A stretch of 64,000 bases of DNA from NCBI RefSeq assembly GCF_011386835.1, contig NC_088792.1:82522001-82586000 (forward strand). Direction: 5' to 3'. The translations under genes were made by a program, and so were the position numbers. The DNA is from Chrysemys picta bellii (lineage: Eukaryota). The first letter of the stretch is position 1; every line of letters begins with the position of its first letter. The notes under the pieces are model-generated. The model made no database searches and was not told where the DNA came from. It saw only the letters and a program-made list of their open reading frames with translations. Shown in pieces: positions 39,821-50,577 of this stretch.

Positions 39821-40980
39821 GATCAACAGACAGATCGGAGAGAGCAAGGAAACAATGAGATAATATTGGTCAGCATGATAAGCAGTGGACTGTGAACCAT
39901 TTTGGTTTCCTTTTTTGTGTTCCCCCACTGTGTGTCCCTCTGAAACTGTCAATTAGTGAGTTTCCTTAAAAACAGAGCCAACACCACTCAGACGGTCCTT
40001 CAGCGCCTTCTGCAGCTTCATGCACTTTCTACCCTGCTCATCCAACAAGCAAATGATCCAAAAATATTCCTGTCTGCAGATCTAATCATGTCTTCAGGAG
40101 GGAAGCTTTTGGATGGACTTATGGAGTGCCATGCAGTAACTTCCTCTAGCAGATTTCTTTCCCCCACCTTCCTTGAAGACATTGTCTCTTCTGTCACTGC
40201 TTGCTTCCGTTGCCCCTAGTTAAGAGTTATCCATTGACAGCAGACCACTGTCATGGGGAAATGGACTCACACTGTGATGGGGTCTTTACAATTATTTCAA
40301 TACAACAGAAGATCTTAAATGTTTTCATAATCAGCTAACGTTGCTGCATCATCCCCTACTTGTCAGATAATCCAGCACAGCTCTGCTACATAAATGGGGG
40401 ATAGGGATGAGGGAGACGAAAGGGGACTTGTTGCATAAGTTGAGTCTAAAATACTATACATACGAGTACTGAGCTCTTCTCAGAGTGAGTGGGTATGACT
40501 CGTGGCCCTTTTTTGTATCTTGTTAATTTTTTTGTGATCTTCAATTCATAAATATGCAGCTGTGTGCACATCTCTAACACTGTAGGCCTGGCTTGACATG
40601 TAATTGGATAAGGATGAGGCCTCATTTTTTGGGATGCAGGATTAGGGAGGTAAATGAATCAGCAGACTGGAAACAGAATGTCTATACCAGCTAAGATAAG
40701 GGGGAACATCCAGGGACCCGTTTACAATGGACAAGATAACAATGGATAAAAGCCTGAAATGTAAGGTGAGGCAAAGAGTAAGCCGTGCACAGACAGCGCG
40801 AGGGCAGAGCATTCTGTACAGGGATTGGTTCCCAAAACAAGTGATACAGTGTATAGTAAATGCAGTGTGTAAATTTATATAAAGGAAGAGGTCTGCTGTG
40901 TAATTTTCGATGTGTGGTATGCTACACCCATCCCCTATGCCTGAATCTGCTCAACTCAGCATAGCTTTGCAGTATGAAAG

Positions 40981-42066
40981 TGTGACGTTATTGACAAACT
41001 GTGACCGTATAGATCATTGTTGCAACCACTGTTTTATATTTGCAGCAAATATTGTACAAAGGTTGCCGTGTGAGGTGTCTATGAAAAGGTTATGATTTGC
41101 TGGTTATAATTATGCTATCTGTATGTGTGTATCATTTTTGTAGCTAAAGTTATGAATATTGGCTATGAACTTGTATCCCAATGTGTTTGATTCTAAGTAG
41201 CATTAATGACGCATTTGGTCATCTCTTGAGAAAGGAATTTGTGGATTAAGTGCCCAATCAAGAAACACTTAACTGACAATGGACTTTGGGAAATGTTCAA
41301 GGTAGCATGTGAGCAATGGCTGCCACCTGCAAATTGAATCATGCATGGACCTGTGACTTGCCCAGGTGGCTACAGACTCCATCTTGTTCCTGTGATTTTG
41401 CACAGCAGAACAAAGGGGTTTCCGCCCACAGGAGAAAAAATATAAAAGCCCTGGAAACCTCTCCATTTTGTCTTCAGTCCTGCTTCTTACTTCTGGAGGA
41501 ATCTTGCTACAAACTGAAGCTCTGAACAAAGGACTGAATGACCCATCCAAGCTCTGGATGTACTCCAGAGACTTGATTTGAACCTGCAGTTTATTCCATC
41601 ACAACTACAAGCCTGAACCAAGAACTTTGCCATTACTGTATGCAATTGGTTTCAGTTAACCAGTTTTAACTCTCACCTATATTTCTTTATTTTTATAAAT
41701 AAACCTTTAGATTTTAGATTCTAAAGGATTGGCAACAGCGTGATTTATGGGTAAAATCTGACTTGTATATTGACCTGGGTCTGGGGCTTGGACCTTTGGG
41801 ATCGGGAGAACCTTTTTTCTTTTACTGGGGTATTGGTTTTCATAACCATTCGTCCCCATAACGAGTGGCACTGCTGGTGATACTGGGAAACTGGAGTGTC
41901 TAAGGGAATTGTTTGTATAACTTATGGTTAGCCAGTGGTGTGAGACCAAAGTCCTGTTTGGCTGGTTTCGTGTGCCTTAATAGCAAAGGAAACCCAGCCT
42001 TGGACTGTAACTGCCCTGCTCTAAGCAATTTGTCCTGAATTGATACTCTCAGTTGTGTCCCGCCAA
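40981..42066 (+). mobile_element. Second (Gypsy-type) solo LTR nested in the provirus 5' LTR
   Basis: Starts tgtgacgttattgac, carries tataaaag (about 41440) and aataaa (about 41698), and has a 3' end apparently clipped at ...tgtcccgcca. It separates the U3/R and U5 halves of the host LTR. Confidence 0.7.
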
Positions 42067-42138
42067 GTGCCAACACTGGAGTTGAATTGAGTTCTTAGGG
42101 AACAGAGTGGAAGAGGTCTCGGGGACACCCCAACATAG

Positions 42139-42156
42139 CAGTGCCGTGACTCGGTT
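42139..42156 (+). promoter_or_regulatory. Primer-binding site complementary to the tRNA-His 3' end
   Basis: caGTGCCGTGACTCGGtT versus TGGTGCCGTGACTCGGAT (15/18, 14-nt perfect core), a few nt after the LTR CA. Confidence 0.85.
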
Positions 42157-42259
42157 GCCATTCATCTGGAGCAGGTAAAGTAAACTCAGTGACACGCCCA
42201 GAGTAAGCCCAGGAACCACTCATCTGGAATAGGTAAAGTGTGCACCCTTTTGAGTGTGA

Positions 42260-43238
42260 GGGCAGCTACCTAATAGTAAGGGAAATGGCATTGGAAAGAT
42301 TTAAGGGTTTAACTATGAGAAAGTTAGCACCATGATGGAGAAATGGGTTAAACCTGAGGGTGAACCCTATGGACTCCCTAGAGAAGTATTAGGGGGAGAT
42401 TGGGAGTAGGTAAAGAAGGAACTCCAGAGAGATATTAGATTTTTTTTAAAAGATTGCTTTGCAAAGCAAGGCAAAAGTCTGTTAAATGCCATAAATAAAT
42501 AAATTATTGGCAGAGCACAGCAAATATCTGTTAAATGCCACTGAAGTTTTAAAAAAACAGGACCCATGGCAGCCATGAAAAAAATAGTATCTATTTTTAT
42601 CTGAGGGCAAAGAAAGCCCAAATCATTGAAGCAGTTTCAGAAGAATTATTCCTTGTGGCGGAAATGTTACAAACAGAATGTGCCACCTTAAGGAATGAAT
42701 GCAAAAAGCATAAAAAGAAAATCAAAGTTGTAGAAAAAAAAACAATGAAACAAATTCCTGTAAGGTCGGAAAGAAAACAATGACTGTTACCTGTTCGCAT
42801 AAATCCAAAGTAAAAAGCAGCCATCCTTTAAGGACTGTATTTAGTGAGTACAGCTTTTCAGGCAAAGTATATACATTTAAAAATAAGTGCAAAACCCATA
42901 AAAAAAAATCAGTATAAAGCCACCAAAAAAAAAAAGTGGGCTAAAAATATGTTATTCTGAAAAATAAAATAAAGCTACAGTTCCCAAAGTCAGTAGCTAG
43001 TAAGGTCTTTAAAAGTGTCTTATACAACAATGAAACACTAACGTAGGTAATCTTAAAGAGGTGCATCCAGTTAAAAAAAAAACTTGCACAAATTAACACT
43101 GCAAAGCTCAGAAGGGACTAAATAGTCACGGGTATTAAAAGTAATAAAGCATTAAAAGAGTGTTTAAAAAAAGAACACTTGGTTTAATAATAAAACCCAG
43201 TTATGGCAGTATAACTTGGTGCCATTATCCCTGGGGAA
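42260..43238 (+). pseudogene. Disrupted gag-like ORF of the provirus
   Basis: Segments translate GQLPNSK...YEKVSTMMEKWVKPEGEPYGLPREVLGGDWE*VKKELQRD...LLNAINK*IIG; ...AQIIEAVSEELFLVAEMLQTECATLRNECKKHKK (coiled-coil-like); ...ETLT*VILKRCIQLKKKLAQINTAKLRRD*IVTG. The position just after the PBS is where gag lies. Confidence 0.6.
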
Positions 43239-44720
43239 ACTGGAGTTGAACTGAGTTCTTGGGGCACCAAGTGGAAGAGGTCTTGGGGGAACCCCAACAA
43301 ACACCACCAGTAATTAATTCACTAAGGAGAGAGAGAGAGAGAGAGATGAGCACAATGGAGCCCCATTTCTTGGTTGGTCCCTAGACCTGTAATAAACATG
43401 ATTAAAATATGTGCCATGGGATTATCAGAAGCTATCCTCTGTTTTTGTGTCACCAAATCGCAAGTGCAAATAATGGCTGATGTAATTTTGTACACCCAAT
43501 TTAGGTAACTTGGACATTTAAGTATTAATTTGGGTCCACGAATCAGGCATTTAGATGTCCAGGTAATCTAAACTGTCCCTATAATCATTTGCACCTGCAA
43601 TCTGTGGGTGTGAAGATAAAAGTCTTTGAATACATCCTGGCTGAAAAATTGGCCCTATATGCTAAGCTATTTACATTTACTCATGCTGTGTATCTCTGTG
43701 TTTTTCCTGGGCCTATTTGGTCTGTTTTGACCTTGGAAGTAGAAAGAAACCGTGACATTTAAGAAAATTCAATGTAACAGGGATCTGCTGTACAGTGTAT
43801 CCAGCAAGCATCCTCTGAGAAATCCTACCTTTTATGCTACTAAAAGGCTACTGCTTAAAAAAATGGTACAAATCAAGAAGATTTACAAATAATTTATGCA
43901 GAAACACTGGCAGAGGTTTCTGTGTAAATTATGCATATTTTTTATTCATTAAATCACTTTTTTCCCTCCTATACATATTACCCAAGTTGTCATCTCTTAT
44001 TCACATACTACAGGATGCACAATTCAAATAAAGAAGGCAAACTTATACAGTGTATGTAAGAGAGGGTGGTATTTACATTTGCTGTCTGAATATTTATTAA
44101 CAGACAACACATTTCAGATGCATTTTTACAGAGTAGTTTGTTTTGACAAGCTTATTGCTAGAATGTTTATTTGTTCTCCTCTTGCTGAACATCGTGAAGG
44201 TAGCACGCTAACTGAATGTACAGTAGGTATCTCAGAAAGAACCAACAAAGACCCCACTTCACTGGGTGCACTATCCTGGTTTTGATAACTGAGACATGAG
44301 GGGAAACTGCAGCACTTACAGATGAAAGAAAAGGGACACAGAGAAGACCCCTCTCATCATCTCTTTTTCTTCTTTATCTCCTTACTTTTTACTCTTTCTT
44401 CTCTCCCCTTCTTATATGCTTGTAACCTTATCTTCTAAGTTTGGAGAGTTCTCCTCCAATCTCAAGTCTGAGGGGAAAGGTACCCTTTTTGAAGGGGAAA
44501 GGATGGCAAGGAGAAAGGAGTCAAATGGTGAAAGAAGAGAATCTCCATCTCATGCCTTCGTTTTCTCTAGCATCTCATTCCTTCTCAGAAGGATGAAGGA
44601 AAGAAAAAGAGTAGCCCAGTGATTAGGGGCACTAACCTAAGACTTGTGAGATCTGTGTTCAAGTCCTTTCTCTGCCATGGATTTCCTATGTAACCTTGGG
44701 CAATTCACTTAGTCTCTCTG

Positions 44721-44810
44721 GAATTATTTTAGGGAAGTTCCAGAGCCAGTGCTATACAGGAGGTCACACTAGATGATCACAGTGGTCCCTTCTGGCCTTG
44801 GAATCAATGA
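44721..44810 (+). mobile_element. 90-bp CR1 3'-terminal insertion
   Basis: ...ctagatgatcacagtggtcccttctggccttggaatcaatga, flanked by ctctg on both sides. Confidence 0.7.
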
Positions 44811-44845
44811 CTCTGTACCTCAGTTCCCCACCTGTATAATGGAGA

Positions 44846-45266
44846 TGTGGAAGCAGAGAAAGAACTGACAGGAAGGGGATGCAATGCATGACAGTTCGTT
44901 AGCAAGAGTCAGGCTAACTGTAACCCTAATAATGCAAGATTTGTAGAAGCGAGGATTGTGTGAGGTGAGTGGGAAAGAACTGTGTGAGAAGTTGTTGCGA
45001 CCTTGTGTAGATAATGTGTAGATAATATTGTATGTAGACTAGAGTCAAAACAAGTGAGAAAAATAAGATATCAAGATGGCCTATGTATAAACAAAATGCA
45101 GCTGTTGCTTATTATTGTCTGTAATGAAAGGTATAAAGGTTTGCTGTAATTGTTTACCTGTAGAGAGACCTGTTTAGCACTCTCCCTCTATGCAATTGTT
45201 AGAGAAAATAAAGTATCTGACTTGCTGTACCCAAACAAAAAGTGAGAACTCTGTTATTCTCTGACA
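44846..45266 (+). mobile_element. Complete 421-bp solo LTR (4-bp TSD, class I ERV-like)
   Basis: TG...CA, TATAAA 45132-37, AATAAA 45207-12, TSD GAGA (44842-45, 45267-70). Confidence 0.9.
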
Positions 45267-45554
45267 GAGATAATAGCACTTCCCTGCCTGACAGGGAGTG
45301 AGTGTGAGGTGTTTGGATGCTAGAGTAATGGGGCCCATATAAATACCTCAGCCAGATGGATAAACTACATCTAGATAGGAAAGATGGTCTTGTGGTCAAT
45401 GCACTATATTGGGATTCAGGAGATCTAGGTTTGAGATCTGGATTTGACAGACACTGCCTATGTGACCATGGTCTAAATTTTCAGTTCCTCATCTGTAAAA
45501 AAGGGATAACAATACTCACCTCCCTCTGAGAGATATCTGAAGATAAACAGGAGG

Positions 45555-45745
45555 GGAGGGATAGCTCAGTGGTCTGATCATTGACCTGCTAAACCCAGGG
45601 TTGTGAATTCAATCCTTGAGGAGGCCACTTAGGCATCTGAGGCAAAAATCAGTACTTGGTCCTGCTAGTGAAGGCAGTGGGCTGGACTCGATGACCTTTC
45701 AGGCTCCCTTCCAGTTCTATGAGATAGGATATCTCCATATATTAT
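45555..45745 (+). mobile_element. Turtle tRNA-derived SINE with CR1 tail
   Basis: ggagggatagctcagtggtc...gggttgtgaattcaatcc...cccttccagttctatgagata; same subfamily tail (atctccatatatt) as the 8160 copy. Confidence 0.9.
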
Positions 45746-46745
45746 TATATTAAACTCATTAGTGTTGATGAGAACAGCTGATCAAAAACTCAGACAGAAA
45801 GTGGCTTTTTGTCACAATGGAAAAATGTCTATAGAAAATGTCCATTTTCAACTAAATTTTTCAGGCTTTCATAGAAAAAATGAAAATAGAATATTTTTCT
45901 GTTTTCAGCCAAAACGTTGTGTTTTTCAGCACAGAAATTTAAAAAATTTACAGTTTGGGGATTTTCATCATAGATTTCCAGGGTGCCTTACAAACATGTA
46001 AGGTCCTTGCCCCAAGACATTTACCATCTAAGTTAGGGTATAAAAAAGGACGAGTGACAGGATAGTAAAAAAGGACAGGTTGCAGGAGAGTTGGAACAAG
46101 AGAAGGGCAAAAGTTTTCACAGTAAATAATTGTAGGGTTTTCTGCTGTGTAATATACATATTGTGTTAATACCATTTTTAAAAGATAACTGTTTGCTAGG
46201 TTTGATTTCCTGCTCAGAATCCAAAAGCCAAGACATGGTCTCATATAAATCCAGGGCCAACCCTCAGCAAGTGTAAATACACTGAAGTCAACAGAGCAAC
46301 ACCGATTTACACCAACTAAGGATCTAGCTCATTGGCTACCTTTGTCCCAGATCATCTCTAATCACTAAGCTTCCCTATGATGCTGTTTACTCAGACTCTT
46401 CCAAGCCTCGGTGGCAAATCAGTTTCAGTTGATTGCCAAGAGAAAATAGATTTAAAACAGAGAGTGCTCATTGCCCAGCTCTCCAACAGAAACCGTGTGG
46501 GTACTCAGACACTCTGATCATAAGGTCACAAATGTTTAAGACAATCATTGTTATAAAGAGCTGTTAAAGAGGCCTCTTCATGTTTGTCTCAACTATAGCA
46601 TTCCCCCAAATTTCCCATGCTAATTTTCTAAAGAAATAAGCAAGACATTACCTATAAGTACAATAAACCCCTAGTGCACAGCCTTCTGTTACAGACATAC
46701 TTTGAGAATTTTGAAAATAGCATTTAATTGGATGAGTAGTTTGGA

Positions 46746-46937
46746 CAGGAGCGCCGCCAGGTTTTCCGCCGCCCTATGGCGGCGGAAGGTCCCGCCCCAA
46801 AATGCCGCCCCCCCCCCCCACACACACACAGAAGCGGCGGAAGGTCCCACTGCTGAAACACCGCTGCGGTCGCCGCCCTCCAAATCGCAGCGCCCTAGGC
46901 GACCGTCTAGGTTGCCTAATGGGTTGCGCCGGCCCTG
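46746..46937. mobile_element. Non-autonomous hAT element
   Basis: Ends caggagcgcc / gcgccggccctg; TSD AGTTTGGA / AGTGTGGA (7/8). Confidence 0.85.
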
Positions 46938-49900
46938 AGTGTGGAGCACTGTATATGTACAGATAGGCCCATAGTATTCAGCTGCCTGGAACAAAGGCAA
47001 AACATAGATCTGAATTATTTAATCTTTCTAAGAGCAAACAGAGAAATGCTGTATCATCAGATATACAGAGTCCTCTTCTGCCCTTGATTTCATGCTCATC
47101 CTACTCTTTCTTAAAAACAATCACACTTCTGGTTCTTGTAACCATCACTGAAGCTACAGAGAATTCTTCTGGTTTTAATTCAGCACAGAGTCACTGATGT
47201 TTGTTTGTTAAACTCATTATCTGGCAGGAAAAGCCAACCAACAAAGGTGGTGCCATGCTACTGAGTCAATGGGGAATTTCACTTTTCTTCAGAATCAGGA
47301 GCCACGGCGACAAATGTAACCTTAAAATAAGATTGAGAATGCAGCTCCGAATTACTGCTCCTTATTTCATTCTCTCCACAGTTTTTAAAGAACATTTGTT
47401 TGAGTTTGCCAGCCACAGGCCAAAGCTTGAAAAGCAGTGACACTAGCAGTCAGACATTTGCTAAAGATGATTGAGACCCTCAACTGGTCATTCCCCCATG
47501 CCCCGCCTCCAAAAAAAACATCTGAAGTGCTTTATATTTAGAAAGATTATATCAACAAAGAACCAACATTAAACATATAGGTATGTACATTTATTATCAT
47601 TCTCACAGGACCCAAACTTCTCTCCTTATAGGACTAGTCCCAGTAAAATGATGAATGCACCTGTAATTGAAGTCAATGGGTCTACTCACATGAGTAAGAA
47701 CTACAGCACAGACATAATTTTTAAGCTCCTGGGGGCAAGGGCAATCTTTTTTATTTTTTATTTTATTTTATTTTTTTGCCCTGGTCCGTGACTAGGGCTC
47801 CTAGGCCCTACTGCAATACAAATAATAATGTTTACACATACTTTGTATGGAATGCTGGCTCTGCGAAAGTGAATGGGATTTTTGTCACTGAATTCAGTAA
47901 AGACAGGATTTCACCTATCATATATAGTCATGCTTCTGCTGACCAGCAGCAGATACCAGGGCCTTGCACGTCACTTTCCCATTGGAAGAGGAAGTAATAA
48001 TGTGGTATCAGGGTATTTTCTTAATGTAATCTGTTTATTTATGCTATAAGCATCAGTACTTGAAAGGAGGTGGTCACAAGTGGGGCACACACAATCCCAT
48101 TATCCAGTTCCCAAGAAGCAACTCTATTCCAAGAATTGGCTCCAGTTCAAGATATTAAGCCTGACAGCAAACTCTCCTGCTAATTCCAACTGCTTCCACC
48201 TAGAGCCTTCATCACAAACCTAACAATAACCGAGCACACTTCCAAGTCTATACACTGCTCTCATGCTAAGAAAAAAGAACTTGTAAGACTATACGCAGCA
48301 GCACCACTTGGTTATGCCCGTCATGACATATCACATACAGGCTTGGTTCACCTAAGCATCCATTTGGTTGGCAGTCATGGAAAACACTCAGGAAGTAAAC
48401 TAACAGGCTTTCTATCTGGTCATACTATATGGACTACAGCTGATGAACTGGGGTAATATTTGTTTAGGTGAAATTTTACTGTATATTCAAGGTTTTTTTT
48501 TTTAAATACTTAAAAGTACTTTGGCTTTTCAAGTCATCTCTGAGGATGACCACGGTTAAAGTGTACACTAAATCACTGGTTCGTAATCTTATTTCTCCCA
48601 CTCAGGACCCCAAGATCAGCTCCAACTCACCCAAAATGATTGTGGAACTGGGGTCACCATTAGAAACTATGGGTGAATTTTGGGTGCTGGGTGAGATGGG
48701 ATAGGGCTACTGTTGTAGAGATGGTGGTTATCAACTACTGAGAGAGCAAGGTCAGGGTTCTGGGACTGGTAGGTCATGGGTTGGATTGCTGTGAGGATTA
48801 TGGGTTTGAGTGTAAGGCTGGGGTGGAGGGGAGTGGGATGGGCTACCGATGCTAGTGGTGGTCAGAGATAGTGGTCTTAAATGTTTGGAGAATTCCAGCT
48901 CTCTTTGGTAGGAAACAGAAAGTTAAGTGGTTTAACCTACCTTGTAGTTTATACTAAATTTTCAGGGAAATGCTATAATTGAAGCCATAACGCACCCATA
49001 TAACAGTCCCCAGTTGACAGACTAATGAATAAAATATTATTAAATCATAAGATGCAAATGCACAGTGCTGGAAAAACACTATTAAGAAGTATTTTTTTCA
49101 GTTATTTTAAGGAATGTTTCAGAGTTTGAAAAAATCATTTCTCAGAAGAAAGAGGTACATTGAATTCAGAACCTGGAATGTCTGGTTCCTTATAGAAAGA
49201 AGAAGGTTTTTTTTAATCATGCTTAGTTTTGGGGGATCGATAATTAGAGTTATTGAGTGGCATCCTACATTTCCCCTTTTTAACTCTTAAAGCATATAAT
49301 TTCTCTTCTTTAAATTGCCTTTGTGTGGAGCATTTCTCGGATTGTATAAGCAAAAATCTGAAAGGTTTCTTAGAACCCACACAGAACGGTTTCTTCAGAG
49401 CATGGTTTGAGACCCATCACAACATAAAATTACCCATTCTGGATTAATTTCGGACTGATATTATTGTCTCTCTAATACAATTGCAAATCCATCTAACATA
49501 GACCACATAAAAGAACACAGTCAAATGTGAGAAACAGAATATCTGAATATGGAAATTAAACTTTTCTGTTTAATCTTATATATTTATAGAGCAGTAGCTA
49601 AACTATGTTAAATCTTATCAACAGTTAAACCTGATGGAATCGTATCTACCCTACAAAAATCCTACCCTGCAGAAAAAAAACATATGTTTTGCTATTTGTT
49701 TCATGGCAATTTGCCATAAATCAATGTGATCCATTTTACAATGCACTGCTCGACTGTATACCGTGATAACAGGAAACCTTGAACAGTCTTCGCTGAACCA
49801 TGTGTTTTAAAATTAAGCACTGCATGGTATGCCAGAATAAAGAAATGGAATTACTTGAAGTACTGTAAACAACTGAAAATACACATGCGTTCATTTGTTC

Positions 49901-50451
49901 CTTGTGATCAGAGTTAATGAAAACTATAGGTTTTCTTACACAGTAGGTGTACAGTATCTGCGTTTATAGTCAATTATACTGTCATCAACCAGACAAGGCA
50001 AAGCGCTCCAGAATATAGCACAGGAAAAAAATCCTACATACACAGAAGGATGGCCTAGATGACTTAATAGGCCTTCTCCATCTGAATTTTTTTGTCTGTT
50101 TGTGATAAATATACATTAAATAGCAATAAATACTAATTTCTTGGATCCACAGGTAAGGAGAGCACATTTTTGAAAATTATTTCCTTTTGGAGTCAGAAAA
50201 ATCTACAAAAGGTTTGGTCACAGCATTATACGATGGAGAAAGGATGAGTTGAGAGTACATGTGCTTCTGCGCCAAAAGGTCTTTTGCATTTAAGTGATTT
50301 GTGTGGGATCATCTAATTTGGTACCAAGAGGTATGAGACCTCATGAGAGAGCTCTGGCTAGCAGAATTTAGAAAGACCCCAATAGCTAGGGACTATAGGA
50401 GCAAGACTTGCTATATAGAACCCTTCCTTTGAGTTGATGTAATCTAATATA

Positions 50452-50577
50452 GGCCCTGATCCTGCAAACACTTATGCACATGCTTAACTTTACTACCATG
50501 AGTGACCATTGACTTCAATGGGACTGCTCACTGTAGTAAAGTTAATTTAGTACATAAGTGTTTACAGGAGCAGGGTC
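50452..50577. mobile_element. Palindromic MITE with CCATTGACTTCAATGG core
   Basis: Arms ggccctgatcctgcaaacacttatg / cataagtgtttacaggagcagggtc. Confidence 0.7.

Larger units (their letters stand above)
40581..43299 (+). mobile_element. Internally deleted endogenous retrovirus-like provirus (5' LTR - PBS(His) - gag-like - 3' LTR remnant)
   Basis: TG (40581)...CA (43299) termini. Perfect 5-bp TSD AACAC (40576-80, 43300-04). CCAAT (reverse, 40824-28) and TATATAAAG (40876-84). 61-bp LTR end repeated at 42075-42135 and 43239-43299 (53/61 identical). PBS at 42139-56. Confidence 0.85.
44610..45300 (+). mobile_element. MIR-type SINE split by a CR1 tail and a solo LTR
   Basis: tRNA head agtagcccagtgattagg..., core ...cctcagttccccacctgtataatggaga | gagataatagcacttccct. 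Confidence 0.75.

Noticed and set aside
48580-48880. Strongly strand-skewed C/A-rich tract suggesting a NUMT
   Set aside because: Translations show no mitochondrial protein or tRNA similarity.
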